A stretch of 63,807 bases of DNA, the filler included, from Guillardia theta CCMP2712 (taxonomy: Eukaryota; Protista; Cryptophyta), in NCBI RefSeq assembly GCF_000315625.1. It is 5 parts of 5 records of this genome, joined end to end, with 100 filler letters (N's around TTAATTAATTAA, not from the genome) between each part and the next. Parts side by side here need not be neighbours in the genome. Positions count along the whole stretch, not along the records: positions 59,292 to 63,807 come from NW_005434154.1; 4 more parts are not named here. One strand, given 5' to 3'. Positions within the stretch are counted from its first letter, which is position 1; each line of letters starts with the position of its first letter. Below, one piece after another: positions 60,934-63,807 of the stretch. The position numbers and the translations under genes are program-made. The notes under the pieces were generated by a model. That model had not been told where the DNA came from. It saw only the letters and a program-made list of their open reading frames with translations, and did no database searches.

Positions 60934-61716
60934 ATGGCTGAAGATGATGTTCTCCAGTCGCTGGTGCGGTTATGGCAGCGGACGGCCTCCCCCTCCTCCC
61001 CCTCCTCCCTCCCTCCCCCCTCGTCCTCCTGCCTGCCCAGCGCTCCCGCAAGTCAGCTTCCTCAGCCCTCCAGTCACTCCTATCAAGCTGCGTTCCTGTC
61101 CTCCTGCGCAAGCCTTCCTCATGCGGCGAGGGTAGCCAAGATGAAAGCTACTCAAGAAGACTTGCTGCGAATGCTGCTGCTGGCCTGCCGGGAAAGGATC
61201 GACGGCCTTTGCTCATCCATGAGGATGAGCGAGGAGGAGAAGACGTCACATCCGGAGTTACTGAGCAGCGAGGTGTCTGAAGGGCTGCTGCTGAAGCTGG
61301 AGGATCTCGAAGCAAGGCTGACGAGGGACATGGAGAGCATGAGATCACTTCTTGCAGGAGTGGCTGAGTACGAGAACCTTCTCCGAGAGCGGGCGATGCT
61401 GGAAACAACCTTCACCGACTCCTCCAGGCTGCTGGATCGCACTTCGAACTCGTACACTCTTCGGCGATCGGAGGAGCGGTACAAGGCTCTGGTGCTCAAG
61501 ATCATACCTGAGAGAAGGAAGGAGCTGCTAGAAGCGATAGAGGAGTGGGAGAGGAGCAACGGGAAGGCGTTCTTGACGTGGGGACGAAGGTACCTTGACA
61601 GCCCAGATGAAGTGATACCAGCGGACGAGGAAGGTGTACGGGGACGAGGAGCAGAGCAGTCTCAGGTGAAGGCGAGCAGAGGAAATGATATGAAGGGATC
61701 GCAGAATGTTCGAAAG
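60934..61716 (+). CDS. MAP65/Ase1/PRC1-family microtubule-bundling protein (partial)
   Basis: DSSRLLDR...LRRSEERYKALVLKIIPERRKELLEAIEEWERSNGKAFLTWGRRYLD matches the conserved MAP65/PRC1 microtubule-binding motif. Confidence 0.7.
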
Positions 61717-62269
61717 NNNNNNNNNNNNNNNNNNNNNNNNNNNNNNNNNNNNNNNNNNNNNNNNNNNNNNNNNNNNNNNNNNNNNNNNNNNNNNNNNNNN
61801 NNNNNNNNNNNNNNNNGAGGATAGTCCGCATCCAGCACATCGTGACAGAGGCGAAGAGCACATCTCCCAAGTCTCACAGTCTATCTCATCATCTCTGCTG
61901 CAGAGCATTCTATAGAGCCAGACGCTTCTCCAGGTCAACCGCTAGTCTCCTCTCTGCACAGTAGCTCAAGTGCTTGTAGCTCGGCGGTCGAAGAAGCAAG
62001 AGCGTGCTTCAAGCCTGCTGATGGACCGGGTGGAAGCCCTGGAGACCTGGGCAAGAGAGCGGTGCGACAGGGGTGGTGTTCTTGACTGCGTGGACGTCAG
62101 GTCCTGAAGCAGCAAGGAGAGATATCAGCGATGCAGGACCAGGAGAGGCTGATGAGACAAGGTCCGTGATGAGGCGGCTGGTTTTCTGTGCTAACCCCTC
62201 CTCGCAAGAGCTGGGAGAGTCGGACTCCAAGAGCAGAGACGCGGCTATCCACAAGCTGACAGTGAGGAT

Positions 62270-63807
62270 GAGAAGAATGGAAGGTGGAGTTTCGGGGCGT
62301 CCTCCTGCCCCTGACATGAGCGCAGACATGATGAAGAGATGTCAAGTCGGACAAGACTCGCCCAAGGCAGAGGGTCACACCAATGGTGGGTCTGGCGCTT
62401 GCTGACATGCTGCAGAGAAATCCAAGAGCATGCCTGCGGATGCGTTGGTGCTGAAGAAGGATCATAGCAAACTCCAAGAATCGCTCAAGCTTGCCCAAGA
62501 AAAGATTGTGACGTTGGAGGTTCGGGTCGGGCGCTCGCACCGCCTTGTGACAAGCCGAGCAGGCCAAGCAAGGGAAGCTGATAGAGCAGCTGGCGGAGCT
62601 CTCGCTCAAGCTGCAAGGTGAGTCAGGAGGGAGAGACTCGATGGGATGAGCTCAGGATGAGGTAACTGAGACCAATTTCATGTTTCAGGGAGACCTCAAG
62701 TCTGCCTTTCAGAGCTTGTTCCAAGGCTTCACCAACGTCCTCGACCCCTCTCAGCCAAAACGAGCCGGTTCCCCAGCTTTCTCCTTCTCCTNNNNNNNNN
62801 NNNNNNNNNNNNNNNNNNNNNNNNNNNNNNNNNNNNNNNNNNNNNNNNNNNNNNNNNNNNNNNNNNNNNNNNNNNNNNNNNNNNNNNNNNNNNNNNNNNN
62901 NNNNNNNNNNNNNNNNNNNNNNNNNNNNNNNNNNNNNNNNNNNNNNNNNNNNNNNNNNNNNNNNNNNTGGAGAAGAAGCATCTTGAGCTCCTGGTCGAGC
63001 TGGAGGAGCAGCGGGAGAGGCACCAGCAGGAGAGGATCGAAATTTCCCGCAAGCTTGCGGACGTCCTGTCGAGATGCGACAACTGCGACACCGTGGCAGA
63101 AGAAGTTAAACTCGACTGCAGGAGGTCGCTGCTCGCGCAGAGGAAGGGAGGGAGGCAGCTCGGAGCGTGTGCTGTCTGAGCGACGAAGTGATTTCCTGCC
63201 AGCAAGGCTTGGACGAACTCCGCTCGCGCACTGTCATGCTGGAAGAGAGGAGCGGGCAATCTGAGGGGAGCAAGTCAGCACAGAGACAGGGAGATGTAAA
63301 GCAGGAAGGAGGTACAAGAGAGTGCGGAGAAGAGCATGGGGAGGAGGGGAGGAGCGCGTTGGAGGATCTTTCCTCGCGCGTGTCTCTCCTTGAAGCTTCT
63401 CTGGCAGCCTCTGCTCCCTCTCCCTCTCCCTCTATATCCGCTGAGGCCATCAACGCGCTCAGTGAGGAGCTCACAGAGAGGATAGAGGAGTCTGCGGCGC
63501 GACGAGACAGCAGCCTGATGAAGACGCTGGAGGAGGCGATGCTCTCCTGCGTGTCGCGCGACGACGTGCGAGAGAGTCTGCTGCTGTATGCCAGCAAGAA
63601 GGACCTCAAGGCGAGCGAGAGCAGGACCTGGGAGCGCATCGCCAAGGTCGAGGAGGAGGGAGCGCAGACTTCTGCGATGATCAAGCTGGCGAGGAAGGAG
63701 CTGGAGGGGATGAAGAGTAGCTTCCTCCTCTCCTCTCCTCGCAGGAGCTCGCGGCAAAGCTCTCGAGCCACGAAGAAGCCAACCGTGTTGCCCTTGGTGA
63801 TTAGTTT
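62270..63807 (+). CDS. Hypothetical coiled-coil protein, multi-exon, continues beyond the window
   Basis: Short GT-AG introns and E/L/K-rich exons (LKKDHSKLQESLKLAQEKIVTLE; ALSEELTERIEESAARRDSSLMKTLEE). Confidence 0.45.

Overview
Eukaryotic nuclear draft-assembly DNA: GT-AG introns, many only about 45-100 nt, long microsatellite introns, and N-gaps, several carrying a TTAATTAATTAA linker. The style and a bipartite 'AAA-F' plastid presequence suggest a cryptophyte such as Guillardia theta (inference only). Recognisable genes: SYS1/TMEM244-like membrane protein, three near-identical RWP-RK transcription-factor copies in alternating orientation, an N-terminally truncated CDC7-like kinase, DNAJC11, an EML/WD40 fragment, a TM-RING E3 ligase, a large PDZ/coiled-coil protein, cytochrome b561, a GT49 glycosyltransferase, plastid TPI, NudC, a trans-long-chain prenyl diphosphate synthase, a multi-TM HET-domain protein and MAP65/PRC1. 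The most unusual items are: (i) a Crinkler/RHS-like cluster (repeat header, P-loop NTPase, PD-(D/E)xK nuclease) at 40.9-47.5 kb whose pieces are circularly permuted and inverted; (ii) a 106-bp tandem array of 65-nt hairpins carrying a 440-bp insert flanked by a 14-bp direct repeat with recombinase-site-like symmetry; (iii) RWP-RK cassettes whose identity is limited to the coding span; (iv) eight recurrent intergenic islands packed with palindromic 4-5-mers and flanked by GGGTA/TACCC zones; (v) an intronless polytopic membrane protein fused to a HET effector domain. Exon boundaries were read by eye and family calls come from motif recognition, not database searches.
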